Below, one piece after another: positions 1 to 9,426 of a DNA stretch of 35,277 nt; position 1 is the stretch's first letter, and each line of letters starts with the position of its first letter. A model generated the notes under the pieces. It saw only the letters and a program-made list of their open reading frames with translations, was not told the origin of the DNA and made no database searches. The DNA is from Candidatus Rokuibacteriota bacterium (lineage in GTDB: Bacteria; Methylomirabilota; Methylomirabilia; Rokubacteriales; CSP1-6): the NCBI GenBank assembly GCA_016184305.1, contig JACPCX010000183.1:1-35277 (forward strand). The letters are read 5' to 3'. The position numbers and the translations under genes are program-made.

Positions 1-978
1 GAGGGCCCGAGCGATGGCCCTACCCGTGACCTCCTGGACCACCTCTCCGTTCTGCCCAGCCGAGATGAGCTCGGCTCCCCCGGCGGCGGCGCTCGAGAGA
101 ACCGGCACCCCTGAGGCCAGCGCCTCCAGGTGGACATTGCCAAATGGCTCGTAGCGCGCCGGGAGCGCGACCACGTCGGCCACGCCGTAAAGCCGCTCCA
201 CATCGGGGCGGGGTCCAGCCCAGACGACCCGCTCGGCGATGCCGAACCGCTCTGCCACGAGCCGGTAGGCCTCGATCCTCCCCTTGCCCGCCACGATGAG
301 CCGGGCCCCGCGGTCTCGGGCCAGCGCGAACCCCTCCAGGAGGGGTCCCAGCCCCTTTCGCTCGAAACCCGATCCCACGAAGAGCACCGTCCACGCCTCC
401 CCGCCGAGCCCGAGCTCCTGCCGTGTCTGCCCGCCGAACTTCTCCCGGCTGTCGGGGTGGAAGCGCTCGAGGTCCACGCCGTTGTGGACAACCGTCACCC
501 GCTCCGGCGGAGTTCCGAACAGACGCTCGATCTCGGCCTTGCCCAGGCGGGAGATAGCCACGACCTCCCTCGCGGCGTTCAGAGAAAAGATGCGGTGTTC
601 CAGCCACATGACCATTCGATGGTAAGGATCAACTCTCGCCCATCGGCGGCCCATGGCCGCCAGGTAGCCTCGGTGAGTGCCCTCGCCGGCGCGGTAGATG
701 TCCTGAGCGAGGCAGCGCTCGTGGCTCTGGACCAGATCGTAGGGACGACTCCGGGTCGTCCGTCTCGCGGCCACGGCAAAGGCAAGGAGCCTCACCAGTG
801 ACGGATGGCGCGGGATGCCGAGGCCTCGCACGTTGACGCCGGGCACCTCCGGCTGTCCCCGGGTGGTGATCAGGTCGATCGAGTGCCCCTGACGGACGAG
901 CTCCCCGATGAGACCCGCGGTCGCGGTCTCCACGCCGCCGTGGAAGACGAAGGGGCGGCAGATGAGGGCGATCCTCAT
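1..978 (-). CDS. GT4 LPS core glycosyltransferase, WaaG/WabG-like (partial, runs off window edge)
   Basis: Not in the ORF track; translated by hand from ATG 978: MRIALICRPFVFHGGVE...DLVQSHERCLAQDIYRAGEGTH...VHNGVDLERF...LFVGSGFERKG...YEPFGNVHLEALASGVPV. Open to position 1. ATGA overlap with upstream gene. Confidence 0.85.
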   Translation of the reverse strand, partial: MRIALICRPFVFHGGVETATAGLIGELVRQGHSIDLITTRGQPEVPGVNVRGLGIPRHPSLVRLLAFAVAARRTTRSRPYDLVQSHERCLAQDIYRAGEGTHRGYLAAMGRRWARVDPYHRMVMWLEHRIFSLNAAREVVAISRLGKAEIERLFGTPPERVTVVHNGVDLERFHPDSREKFGGQTRQELGLGGEAWTVLFVGSGFERKGLGPLLEGFALARDRGARLIVAGKGRIEAYRLVAERFGIAERVVWAGPRPDVERLYGVADVVALPARYEPFGNVHLEALASGVPVLSSAAAGGAELISAGQNGEVVQEVTGRAIARAL

Positions 979-2105
979 CGCGCGGCTGCCACCCGCTCCA
1001 CGAGCGGGAACAGGACGCGGCGAGCCGCGTCGAAGCTGTAGCGCTTGACGCAGCGCTCTCTCGCGCGCCGCCCCAGGGCGGCTGCTTCATCGGGATGATC
1101 GGCCAGCCGGGCGATCGCCCCGGCGAGTGCCGCAACGTCCCCAGGAGGCACGAGCATCCCGCAGCCATCGAGGATCTCGGGGATCATGGAGACCGGCGTC
1201 GAGATCACGGCGCGCCCGAGGGCCATCGCGTCGAAGATCTTGGCCGGTACCTGCCCGCGCGTGTCGCTGCTCTGCCGCTGGGGGACGGCGACGATGTCGG
1301 CGGCGCCGAGGTACACGGGCACCTCGTGAAATGCAATGGCACCCATCAGCCTGATGGCCGGATAGCGCTCTCGGAGTCGCTGGCCGCCGGGGCTCGCCGG
1401 ATCCGTCCCGACGAGGGCCAGGACGATATCCGGACGCTTCAGGCGAACCACCGCTTCGCAGAGATCCTCCACCCCCTTGTATCCGCGAATGGTCCCGAGG
1501 AACATCACGAGCCGCTCGCGATCGATCCCGAGGCGCTGGCGCACGGGACGCGGATCGGCGGCACCAGGGCGCCACGCCTCGGTGTCCCTGACATGGGGCA
1601 AGAGCGCGCCGCCGAAGCGCTGCTGGAGGAAGCGCGAGGCCACGGTAATGCCATCCGCCAGGCCGGTCAGACGCTCCATCAGCCAGGTCCACGGGAGCCC
1701 CGTGGGGTTGGCGATGTTGAGGGCCCGGCCCAGCGTTCCCCATGGACCGCCGCGAAGGAAGAACCCCAGCTCCCAGTCGTCGATGTCGAGGAGCAGCGGT
1801 CTCCGCGCCGTCAGCCGCTTCAGGTACCCGATGCCCGCGCTCGGCAGTCTCGGCTTCGAGGCGTACAGGATGTCGCCGTCAGCGAGTCTCAGCAGCGCTG
1901 GGATGGACGCGAGGAACCCTGGGAGCTTCCACGCGGGCAGGCTCGCGTACTGGACGCCGTCCTCGGCGACGGGCGGCCAGACCCCGACCCCGCCCCGCAA
2001 CCCGACCACCTGGACCTCATACCGTGGGGAGAGGAGCCGCGCCAGCAGATGGGCGCGGCCAGCGGCGTTGCTCGAGACGTCGAAGCAGAGGACGGACACC
2101 TTCAC
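975..2105 (-). CDS. GT4 family glycosyltransferase
   Basis: 376 aa, GTG start overlapping upstream stop; FLGTIRGYKG, QVPAKIFDAMALGRAVI, GMLVPPGDVAALA. Confidence 0.85.
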   Translation of the reverse strand: MKVSVLCFDVSSNAAGRAHLLARLLSPRYEVQVVGLRGGVGVWPPVAEDGVQYASLPAWKLPGFLASIPALLRLADGDILYASKPRLPSAGIGYLKRLTARRPLLLDIDDWELGFFLRGGPWGTLGRALNIANPTGLPWTWLMERLTGLADGITVASRFLQQRFGGALLPHVRDTEAWRPGAADPRPVRQRLGIDRERLVMFLGTIRGYKGVEDLCEAVVRLKRPDIVLALVGTDPASPGGQRLRERYPAIRLMGAIAFHEVPVYLGAADIVAVPQRQSSDTRGQVPAKIFDAMALGRAVISTPVSMIPEILDGCGMLVPPGDVAALAGAIARLADHPDEAAALGRRARERCVKRYSFDAARRVLFPLVERVAAAR

Positions 2106-3238
2106 CGGTGGCGCCGCTCCCCCCCGGCGCTTGCCATCTTGGCGTAGAGGGAGGCCAGATCGCGCGCGAGCCTGGCGCCGGACAGCCGGGACTCCACCAG
2201 CCGGCGGGCCGCCTCGCCGAGCCGGCGCCGCAGCGGGGCATCGTCGAGGATCCTGGCCACTGCCCGCGCCAGGGGCCCGGACTCCCCGGCGGGAACGAGG
2301 AGCGCGCTGTCGTCATCGGCCAGCACCTCGGGGACCACGCCGACCCGGCTCGCCACCACGGGCTTCCCCAGGGCCAGGTACTCGAAAAGCACTCGCGACA
2401 TGCCATCCGACTCGAGCGGGACGTACAGCGCTGCGTCGAAGGCCGCCATGACGCTCTCGGCGCTGGCTGCGGTGCCGCTCACCGACACGCGCTCCCCGAG
2501 CCCCGCCTCCGCCACCCACCGGCGGATCGCGGGCTCCATCCCGCCCTGCCCCACGAAGGCCAGGTGAAAGCGCCGGCCTTCCGCGCACAGCCGCGTGGCG
2601 GCGCCGACGGCCACTGCGTGCCCCTTCATGACGCGGAAGCCCCCGAAGAGTCCGATCAGCGGCACCTCGGCGCCGACCCCGAGCGAGCGACGGAGCTGAC
2701 TTCCGTCGAGTCCGGGGCGAAAGCGCTCGACGTCCACGCCGCCGGGAAGTGTGACCACCTGTCCCGCAGCCGCGAGCCCTGCGGCGATGTACTGCCGCCG
2801 GATGGCCTCGGTCACCGTCACCACCAAGTCCGTCGCCTCGCGGTAGAGCCAGCGGTTGAGCGCATGGGGGCGGATGGGCTGGACGATGTGCCGGGTCCTC
2901 ACGAGGGGCCGCGGCGTGGCCGAGAGCCGGTTGGCGACGGCCGCGAGCCAGTGCTCCTTCCCGCGATGCACGTGAACGACGTCGGCGCCGCCGAGCCGGG
3001 CGAGCAACCCCCGCAGGTCACTCACGTCGGTCGCCGGGCTCACGCCCCCCGCGAAGGCCAGCGTCTCGATGTGCTGCACCCCCACCTGCCGCGCGCGCTC
3101 GATCACCCGCTCCTCGGTTCCGCGGCGACACACGAGGGTCACGCTGTGCCCCGCGCGCTCCAGCTCCGCGGTGATCCGCGCCGCCCAGTAGGCGTCGGAC
3201 GACCACCCGCGGCAGGACATGAGCTGGAGCACCCTCAC
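2102..3238 (-). CDS. GT4 family glycosyltransferase
   Basis: GTG at 3238 (GTGA overlap), 378 aa: VRVLQLMSCRGWSSDAY..., VHVHRGKEHW, FRVMKGH, DGMSRVLFEYLALGKPVVASRVG. Confidence 0.85.
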   Translation of the reverse strand: MRVLQLMSCRGWSSDAYWAARITAELERAGHSVTLVCRRGTEERVIERARQVGVQHIETLAFAGGVSPATDVSDLRGLLARLGGADVVHVHRGKEHWLAAVANRLSATPRPLVRTRHIVQPIRPHALNRWLYREATDLVVTVTEAIRRQYIAAGLAAAGQVVTLPGGVDVERFRPGLDGSQLRRSLGVGAEVPLIGLFGGFRVMKGHAVAVGAATRLCAEGRRFHLAFVGQGGMEPAIRRWVAEAGLGERVSVSGTAASAESVMAAFDAALYVPLESDGMSRVLFEYLALGKPVVASRVGVVPEVLADDDSALLVPAGESGPLARAVARILDDAPLRRRLGEAARRLVESRLSGARLARDLASLYAKMASAGGERRHR

Positions 3239-4359
3239 CGCGCCGACTCCCGCCGGGCCAGCACGCTGAGGTAAATCGCTTCCACGTCGGCGGCGTGACG
3301 CTCGGGGCTGAAACACTCCTCGGCCCGCCGCCGCCCGGCCTGGCCCATGGCCTTGGCCAGACCAGGGTTCGCGAGAAGCGCACGGAGCGCTGCCTCCACC
3401 GCCTCGGGCTCCTCGCCGTCCACGAGGAGCCCGGTGCTGCCGTGAACGATGGCGTCCGGCAGGGCCCCCAGTCGCCGCGCGACCACCGGGCGGGCCGCCG
3501 CCATCGCCTCGAGGGCCGCCCGGCACGACTCGTCCGACCCCGGTCCCATGAGCACGAAGGCATCGAGCGCCTGGAGCACCTCGGGGAGATCGGCATCGCG
3601 ATAGCCGGCGAAGAGCACGTGCGCGCCGAGACCGCGCTCTCGCACCCGCGCCTCGAGCGTCGGCCGCGCCTCCCCCTTGCCGATGAGCAGGAGCCGCAAA
3701 CCGGGATAGTCAGGCAGGAGACGCTCGAAGGCCGCGATCAGCAGCTCGTGTCCTCGGTGGGGTGCGAGCCGCGCCACCGAGCCGATCAATTGCCCGGGAC
3801 CGACGCCAAGCTCCGCGCGGATCGGCTCCCCGTTCGAGCCTGCGGCGAAGCGCGTGATGTCCACGACGCCGCCGACGCGGAAGACGCGCGCGGCCGCGAT
3901 GCCCAGGAGCCGGCAGCGCTCCTCGATCTGGCGGCTCACCGCGATGACGCCGTCCGTGTGGCGGTGGAGCCACGGTTCCGGCCACGCCGCCCTCACGGCC
4001 CGCTGGTTGTGGAAGGTCCTGACGAGCGCCGCGGGACCGCGGCTCAGCATGCCGAGCCAGTGATCGTGCGAGTGGTGGACGTGGACGATGTCGACGCCCT
4101 CGTTCCGCACAAGCCGCCTGAGTCTGATCACGTCCCGGACCACGGCGGCAGGATGGAACTTCACCTCCAGCGACAGACCTGCCACAGGCTCGATTCCGGC
4201 CTCGCGGGCCTTGGCCTCGAAGCGGTCGCCCAGGATCAGGGCCAGCAGAGCGCGATGGCCGCGCGCCTCGATTCCCTTCACGAGACGGATCACGGGATCG
4301 GCGCTGCCGGTCCACCACCGGTTCGCGCACACCTGGAGCACCGTCAGATGCCGCGGCAT
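3235..4359 (-). CDS. GT4 family glycosyltransferase
   Basis: 374 aa; VHVHHSHDHW, VARLAPHRGH, DESCRAALEAMAAARPVV. Confidence 0.85.
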   Translation of the reverse strand: MPRHLTVLQVCANRWWTGSADPVIRLVKGIEARGHRALLALILGDRFEAKAREAGIEPVAGLSLEVKFHPAAVVRDVIRLRRLVRNEGVDIVHVHHSHDHWLGMLSRGPAALVRTFHNQRAVRAAWPEPWLHRHTDGVIAVSRQIEERCRLLGIAAARVFRVGGVVDITRFAAGSNGEPIRAELGVGPGQLIGSVARLAPHRGHELLIAAFERLLPDYPGLRLLLIGKGEARPTLEARVRERGLGAHVLFAGYRDADLPEVLQALDAFVLMGPGSDESCRAALEAMAAARPVVARRLGALPDAIVHGSTGLLVDGEEPEAVEAALRALLANPGLAKAMGQAGRRRAEECFSPERHAADVEAIYLSVLARRESAR

Positions 4360-5347
4360 TTACCCTGGGAGCAGCTCGCCGTACAGGGCGAGGAGCCTCG
4401 AGATGGACGCCTCCTGGGAGAAGCGCTCCCGGAGGGACGAGCAGGCCCGTGACCCCGTCCTGGACGACCTCGGGGATGCCCCCCACGGCGCTCGCGACCA
4501 CGGGGACTCCGGCGGCGAATGCCTGAAGCAGGGACTGCGGCACGCCTTCGGTGCGCGTGGAGGCGAGCACGAAGCAGTCCATGGCGGAGAGGAGCGCGGG
4601 AACGTCGGGCCGAAAGCCGGTGAACAGCACGGCAGCGGCGAGCCCGCGCTCCTTCGCGAGGGACTCCACCCAGGCCCGCCGCCCTCCGTCGCCGACCAGG
4701 AGCAGGCGCGCGGTAGGATGACGCTGCCGCACCAGAGAGAAGGCCTCCAGCAGGACGTGGTGCCCCTTGGATCCCCGGAACATCGCGACGGAGCCGATCA
4801 CGGGGCGCGAGAGGCCGAGCGAGCGGGCCATCTCGTCTCCGCCCGTCAGGGCCTTGAACTCCTCGAGTCTCACCCCGGCCGGCATGGGGATCACGCGATC
4901 CGGCGGAACGCCGGCGGCGATCACCAGGGCCCGGATGGCCTCCCCGCTGGTGATGACGCGGTCCGCGAGCCAGCGGTACACGGGGTTCAGCCCCCGGCGG
5001 ATGGGAATCGACACATGGCGCGTTCGCACGACGGGCACGCCGCAGAGCCGCCCCCCCATGCCCCCCACCCACCCGTCGATGGAGCTGTGGGTGTGGACCA
5101 CATCGACTCGCTCCCGCCGGATCAGCCCTGCGATGCGGAGCACCGCCCCGGCGTCCCAGGGCCCGCGCATCCTCAGCGCGCGAGGCTCGAGGCCCCGGGC
5201 CCGGGCGTGCTCGTGGAGGCGGCTCCGGGGCTGGCAGGCGATGAGCACACGCCAGCCGCGGGCCGCGACGGCCACGGCCTCGTCGAGGGTGCGGATCTCC
5301 TGACCGCCGAGCCCGAGGGAGGACTCCGTGTGCAGCATCGTCCTCAT
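4360..5347 (-). pseudogene. GT4 glycosyltransferase with a frameshifting internal deletion near the C-terminus
   Basis: ATG 5347 (MRTMLHTESSLGLGGQE...FRGSKGH...EGVPQSLLQAFAAGVPVV...GLLVPPG). The GT4-like tail RERFSQEASISRLLALYGELLPG* lies in another frame ending at TAA 4360-4362, abutting the next ATG. The 988-nt span is not a multiple of 3 and about 30 codons are missing relative to neighbouring paralogues. Confidence 0.8.
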
Positions 5348-6342
5348 GACGCGATCGCCTCCCGCACGCGCTTCTCGATCTCCTCCACCGTGATCCCGCG
5401 CATGCAGCCATGATCGATGGGACAGCTGCCGCGGAAGCATGGGGCACATGGAGCCCCCCCGCGGACAGCCAGGGCCCGTGGCGACCGGGGCGCCGTCAGC
5501 CTCGGGTCCGTGGGCCCGAAAAGCGTCACGGTCGGGACGGACAGGGCCGCCGCAAGATGCGCCACCCCTGTGTCGCCACTCACGAGGCAGGACAGGCGCC
5601 TCAGCAGCGGGGGAAGGAGCGCCGGCCGATCGCGTCCGACGAGTGAGCGCGGCGAGGATCGAGACGCCGCGCGGACCTCGTCTGCCCCGGGCCCGTCGGC
5701 TGCGGAGCCGAGGAGCAAGGGCGCGAGCCCCGCCTCCGCCAGCGCATCCGAGAGCATCGCGAAGGAGTACGCCCGCCACCGCTTCGCGGGCCCTCCGGCT
5801 GCGCCGAGGTGGAGCCCCACGAGCTTGTCGCCCGGAGAGGCGCCCGCCTCCTGCAAGAGGCCATCGACCTCCGCCTCCGCCGATGGATTCGGGGTCACCC
5901 GCCACAGCGGCTGCCGGTCCGCGACCTCCACACCCGCGGCTCTCGCGAGGAGGAGATACTCGTCCACCTGGTGGAGCCGCGGTGCCGGTACCGGCAGGGG
6001 ATCGGTGAGCAGGAGGCGCCGCCCATCGCTTGCGAAGCCGACTCTGCGGCGGGCCCGCCAGAGACGAGCGGCCAGCGCCGACTCGAAGGAACCGGGCAGC
6101 AGCAGCGCGAGGTCGGCGGGCTCGTCCGCCAGTGCTTGCGCGAAGCGCCGCCGCGCCACCCACCCGGCAGGGTATGCCAGGAGGAGATCGGCTGTCCCTT
6201 GACCTGCGAGCAGCGGCGCCCACCTCCCGACCACCATGATGCGCGCCTGGGGCTGCCCGGCTCTGAGCGCGTGGAGAGCCGGCAGCGCCATGACGGTGTC
6301 GCCGAGCCAGTTCGGAGCGCGTACCACGACGATCAGCGCCAC
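5344..6342 (-). CDS. waaF: LPS heptosyltransferase II (GT9)
   Basis: RAPNWLGDTVMALP, GPAKRW, SGDTGVAHLAAAL, LFGPTD, C-terminal CAPCFRGSCPIDHGCM; GTG start at 6342 inferred. Confidence 0.85.
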   Translation of the reverse strand: MALIVVVRAPNWLGDTVMALPALHALRAGQPQARIMVVGRWAPLLAGQGTADLLLAYPAGWVARRRFAQALADEPADLALLLPGSFESALAARLWRARRRVGFASDGRRLLLTDPLPVPAPRLHQVDEYLLLARAAGVEVADRQPLWRVTPNPSAEAEVDGLLQEAGASPGDKLVGLHLGAAGGPAKRWRAYSFAMLSDALAEAGLAPLLLGSAADGPGADEVRAASRSSPRSLVGRDRPALLPPLLRRLSCLVSGDTGVAHLAAALSVPTVTLFGPTDPRLTAPRSPRALAVRGGAPCAPCFRGSCPIDHGCMRGITVEEIEKRVREAIAS

Positions 6343-6353
6343 AGCTGCCGCTT

Positions 6354-7478
6354 CTACTTCTGCGCGAGCGAGGCGCCCAGGGCCCGCTTGAGCACCTCGC
6401 GCCACTCCGCCTGACCCGACTCGAGGGTCATCCTCACGCTCACGACCCAGAGCGGGAGCCGCGGGAGCGTGAGGTCTCTCAGCCGAACCGCGTCCTTTTC
6501 CGTGGTGATCAGACCCTCGGCGCGGGCGCGTTGGGCCTGCCGGGTCAGCGCGTCGAGGTCCTCCGGCATATACCAGTGGTGATCGGGGAACTCGACGAAG
6601 TCCGCCAGCGTCACCCCCATGGCGGCGAGGGTCTCGCGGAATCCCCGCGGAGAGGCCAGACCGGCGAAGCCAACGAGCCGCCGCCCCGCGAGCGCCCCCG
6701 GCTCGAGGCGCTCCCCCCCCTGGGCGTCCAGGACGCCGAGGACGCGATAGCTCGCGGTGAGGACAGGAGCGGTGCATTCCTGGCGCTCGAGGGTGCGCGC
6801 GACCTCGGTGCCACCGGCACCCTGCCCCCCGTTCGTCACGACGATCAGATGGGCGCGCCTGAGCTCCCCGAGCGGCTCGCGAAGCGGACCCGCTGGAAAC
6901 AGACGCCCGTTCCCCCACGGCGACCGACCGCTCACCGCGAGCACCTCGACGTCCTTGGCGATGGTGCGGTTCTGGAAGCCGTCGTCGAGGACGATGGCCG
7001 AAGCGCCGAGGCGTTCGACGGCGATGCGCCCGGCCTCGTAGCGGTTCTCGCCGACCACCACGGGCGTTCCCGGAAGGCGCTCCGCCAGGAGCACCGGCTC
7101 GTCTCCCGCCGCTCTCGGGCCCAGCCGAACCCCGTGCCGGTCGGCCACCACCTGCGTTCCTCGCGTCGCCCGCCGGTATCCACGACTGACGATGGCGGGC
7201 ACCGCCCCCAGCTCCAAGAGCGTCAGGGCCGCCAGCTCGACCAGGGGCGTCTTGCCGCTGCCTCCCACGGTCAGGTTGCCGATGGAGACCACCGCGCATG
7301 GCAGCCGTCCGCTCCTGAGCAGGCCGAGACCGTAGAGCCGGCCGCGGGCGACGAACGCAGCGCGGTACGCCACCGCGAAAGCCGACAGACCGGCGGCGAG
7401 CAGCGGATGAGTGCCTTCTTCCCACGCGCGCAGGAGCCAGCTCTCGGGATCGCTGCGACGAACGGCCGTCCCGCTCAT
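6354..7478 (-). CDS. lpxK: Tetraacyldisaccharide 4'-kinase
   Basis: SIGNLTVGGSGKTP, SRGY, GDEP, LDDGFQ, PAGPLRE, FPDHH, TTEKDAVR. Confidence 0.95.
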   Translation of the reverse strand: MSGTAVRRSDPESWLLRAWEEGTHPLLAAGLSAFAVAYRAAFVARGRLYGLGLLRSGRLPCAVVSIGNLTVGGSGKTPLVELAALTLLELGAVPAIVSRGYRRATRGTQVVADRHGVRLGPRAAGDEPVLLAERLPGTPVVVGENRYEAGRIAVERLGASAIVLDDGFQNRTIAKDVEVLAVSGRSPWGNGRLFPAGPLREPLGELRRAHLIVVTNGGQGAGGTEVARTLERQECTAPVLTASYRVLGVLDAQGGERLEPGALAGRRLVGFAGLASPRGFRETLAAMGVTLADFVEFPDHHWYMPEDLDALTRQAQRARAEGLITTEKDAVRLRDLTLPRLPLWVVSVRMTLESGQAEWREVLKRALGASLAQK

Positions 7479-8776
7479 GCGGGGCCGGTTTCCTTCCGTC
7501 CCCCCCCGGGGTAGAGGTAGCGCGCGACGAGGTCCAGGGTTCTCTCCGCCGCCCCCTGCCGCCCGACGACGGCCTGAAAGCCGGCAGCGCCCATGGCCTT
7601 CGCCAGCGTCGGATCGTCCAGGAGCCTGCGCACGGCATGCTCGAGCTCGGGCCCGTCTTGGACCACGAGAGCTCCTCCCGCCGCGGCGAGGAGCTCCGCG
7701 CTCTCCCGGAAGTTGCTGGTATGCGGCCCGAAAAGGACGGGTTTCATCCGGAGCGCCGGCTCAAGCATGTTGTGCCCTCCGGCGGGAACCAGGCTCCCTC
7801 CCACGAAGACCAGCTCGGCCACGCGATAGAATTGCGCCAGCTCGCCGACCGTGTCGAGCACGATGACGGCGCGCCGGTGTCGCTCCCGGGGGAGCTGGCT
7901 GCGGCGGAGAGCCGGCAGCCCCCTCGACTCCAGGATACGCTCCACCTCGGGCACGCGCTCCGGATGGCGGGGAGCGAGGATCAGCGTGAGCTCGGGGAAG
8001 GCGGCCGACAGCCGCTGGAACGCCTCCACCACGACCTCCTCTTCTCCTCGATGGGTGCTGCCGGCGATCCACACGCGCTCCTCGGGCCCGAGCCCGAGCA
8101 AGCGGTCCCACAGCTCGCGCGCGCCGGGATCTTCCGGCTCCTGGTCCGCCTTCAGGCTTCCCGTGACCACCACTCGCTCGGGCGGCGCCCCGAGCGTGAT
8201 GATCCGGCGCGCGTCCTCCTGCGATTGCATGGCGAAGACGGAGATCTCCCGGAGGAGCGGCCCCATCAGAGAGCGAATCCGCCGGTACCGCCGGAAGGAC
8301 CGGTCGGAGATCCTCCCGTTGGCGATCATGCTCGGGATGCCCCGGCGCCGCAGCGCTCGGAAGAAGTTCGGCCAGAGCTCCGTCTCCATCCCGATGAAGA
8401 AGCGCGGACGAACGCTGCGGAGCGCCCGGCCCACGGGCCCGGGCAGGTCCAGCGGGAAATACCGGTGGGTGGCCCGCCCCGCCAGCCGATCCTCCACGAT
8501 CGTGGCGCCGGTGGGGGTCACCGTGGTGAGCACGACGGACAGCTCCGGCCAGCGCAGCCGGATGCCGTCGACGAGCGGGATGGCCGTCACGGACTCCCCC
8601 ACCGAGACCGCGTGGAGCCAGCAGCGGGGCTCGGGGGGCAGCTCGCGGCCGAGTCCTCCCAGGCGCTCCCGGATATGCGCCGGGTGACCCCTGCCCCTGA
8701 GCCGGCGAAGCAACAGCACCGGTGCATAGCCGAGCAGTCCCGCCAGCAGCACCAGCGAGTACAGCCACTGGATCAT
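7475..8776 (-). CDS. waaA: 3-deoxy-D-manno-octulosonic acid (Kdo) transferase
   Basis: ATG 8776 (ATGA overlap), 433 aa; WLHAVSVGE, ETELWPN, APRHPER, GGSLVPAGGHNMLEPA. Confidence 0.95.
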   Translation of the reverse strand: MIQWLYSLVLLAGLLGYAPVLLLRRLRGRGHPAHIRERLGGLGRELPPEPRCWLHAVSVGESVTAIPLVDGIRLRWPELSVVLTTVTPTGATIVEDRLAGRATHRYFPLDLPGPVGRALRSVRPRFFIGMETELWPNFFRALRRRGIPSMIANGRISDRSFRRYRRIRSLMGPLLREISVFAMQSQEDARRIITLGAPPERVVVTGSLKADQEPEDPGARELWDRLLGLGPEERVWIAGSTHRGEEEVVVEAFQRLSAAFPELTLILAPRHPERVPEVERILESRGLPALRRSQLPRERHRRAVIVLDTVGELAQFYRVAELVFVGGSLVPAGGHNMLEPALRMKPVLFGPHTSNFRESAELLAAAGGALVVQDGPELEHAVRRLLDDPTLAKAMGAAGFQAVVGRQGAAERTLDLVARYLYPGGGRKETGPA

Positions 8777-9426
8777 GCCGCGGCCTCGTCGTCGGCCTGC
8801 CAGGTCACGGCGCGCAGGGCAGCCTCGATCTCCTTGCGCGCGCCTTCCTGCGCGTCCCGGCCGCAACGGCGGGCGATCCGGATCGGCTCTCCGAAGCGCA
8901 CCACGCAACGAGAGAATGGCCGTGGGATGCGGAGCTCGTCCCACGAGGGCATGCGCCAGTCGGAGGAAGCGGCGACGGCCAGCGGGACGACGGCGGCCCC
9001 GCTGAGCGCGGCGAGCGTGACGATGCCCGGCTTCACGACCTCGCGCGGTCCCCTCGGTCCGTCCGGAACGACGACGACGCCCCAGCCGGCGCGCAGGGAG
9101 CGCAGGAGCTCTCTGAGCGCCGCGGCGCCGCCCCGACTCGACGAGCCCCTGACCGTCTCGAGCCCGAAGCGCGCCATCAGGCGAGCGATGATCTCGCCGT
9201 CGCGCGAGCGGCTCGCGAGGACCCGGAGGCGATGTCCCCGGTACAGATACGGCAGGAGGAGGATGCGGGAGTGCCAGACCGTGAAGATCAGCGGGGCGCC
9301 GCCCGCCCAGATGGCGGCCACCGCGCCCTCCTCCCGGCGGACGGTGATGGTACGTGCCAGGAGCCTGATCGCCACGGCACCAAGCGCGGGTCCCACCGCG
9401 AGCGACAGCGACGCCGGGACTCTCAT
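8773..9426 (-). CDS. DUF374 lysophospholipid acyltransferase family protein (LpxJ-like lipid A secondary acyltransferase)
   Basis: 217 aa; FTVWHSR, SRSRDGEII, VRGSSSRGG, PDGPRGP, SWDELRIPRPF. Start is ATG 9426 or GTG 9429. Confidence 0.85.
   Translation of the reverse strand: MRVPASLSLAVGPALGAVAIRLLARTITVRREEGAVAAIWAGGAPLIFTVWHSRILLLPYLYRGHRLRVLASRSRDGEIIARLMARFGLETVRGSSSRGGAAALRELLRSLRAGWGVVVVPDGPRGPREVVKPGIVTLAALSGAAVVPLAVAASSDWRMPSWDELRIPRPFSRCVVRFGEPIRIARRCGRDAQEGARKEIEAALRAVTWQADDEAAA

Noticed and set aside
3710..6223. 837-aa ORF suggesting a large fusion glycosyltransferase
   Set aside because: The upstream part is an alternate frame of waaF and the downstream part is read-through after the deletion. 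Only 5347 to ~4430 is real GT4 sequence.
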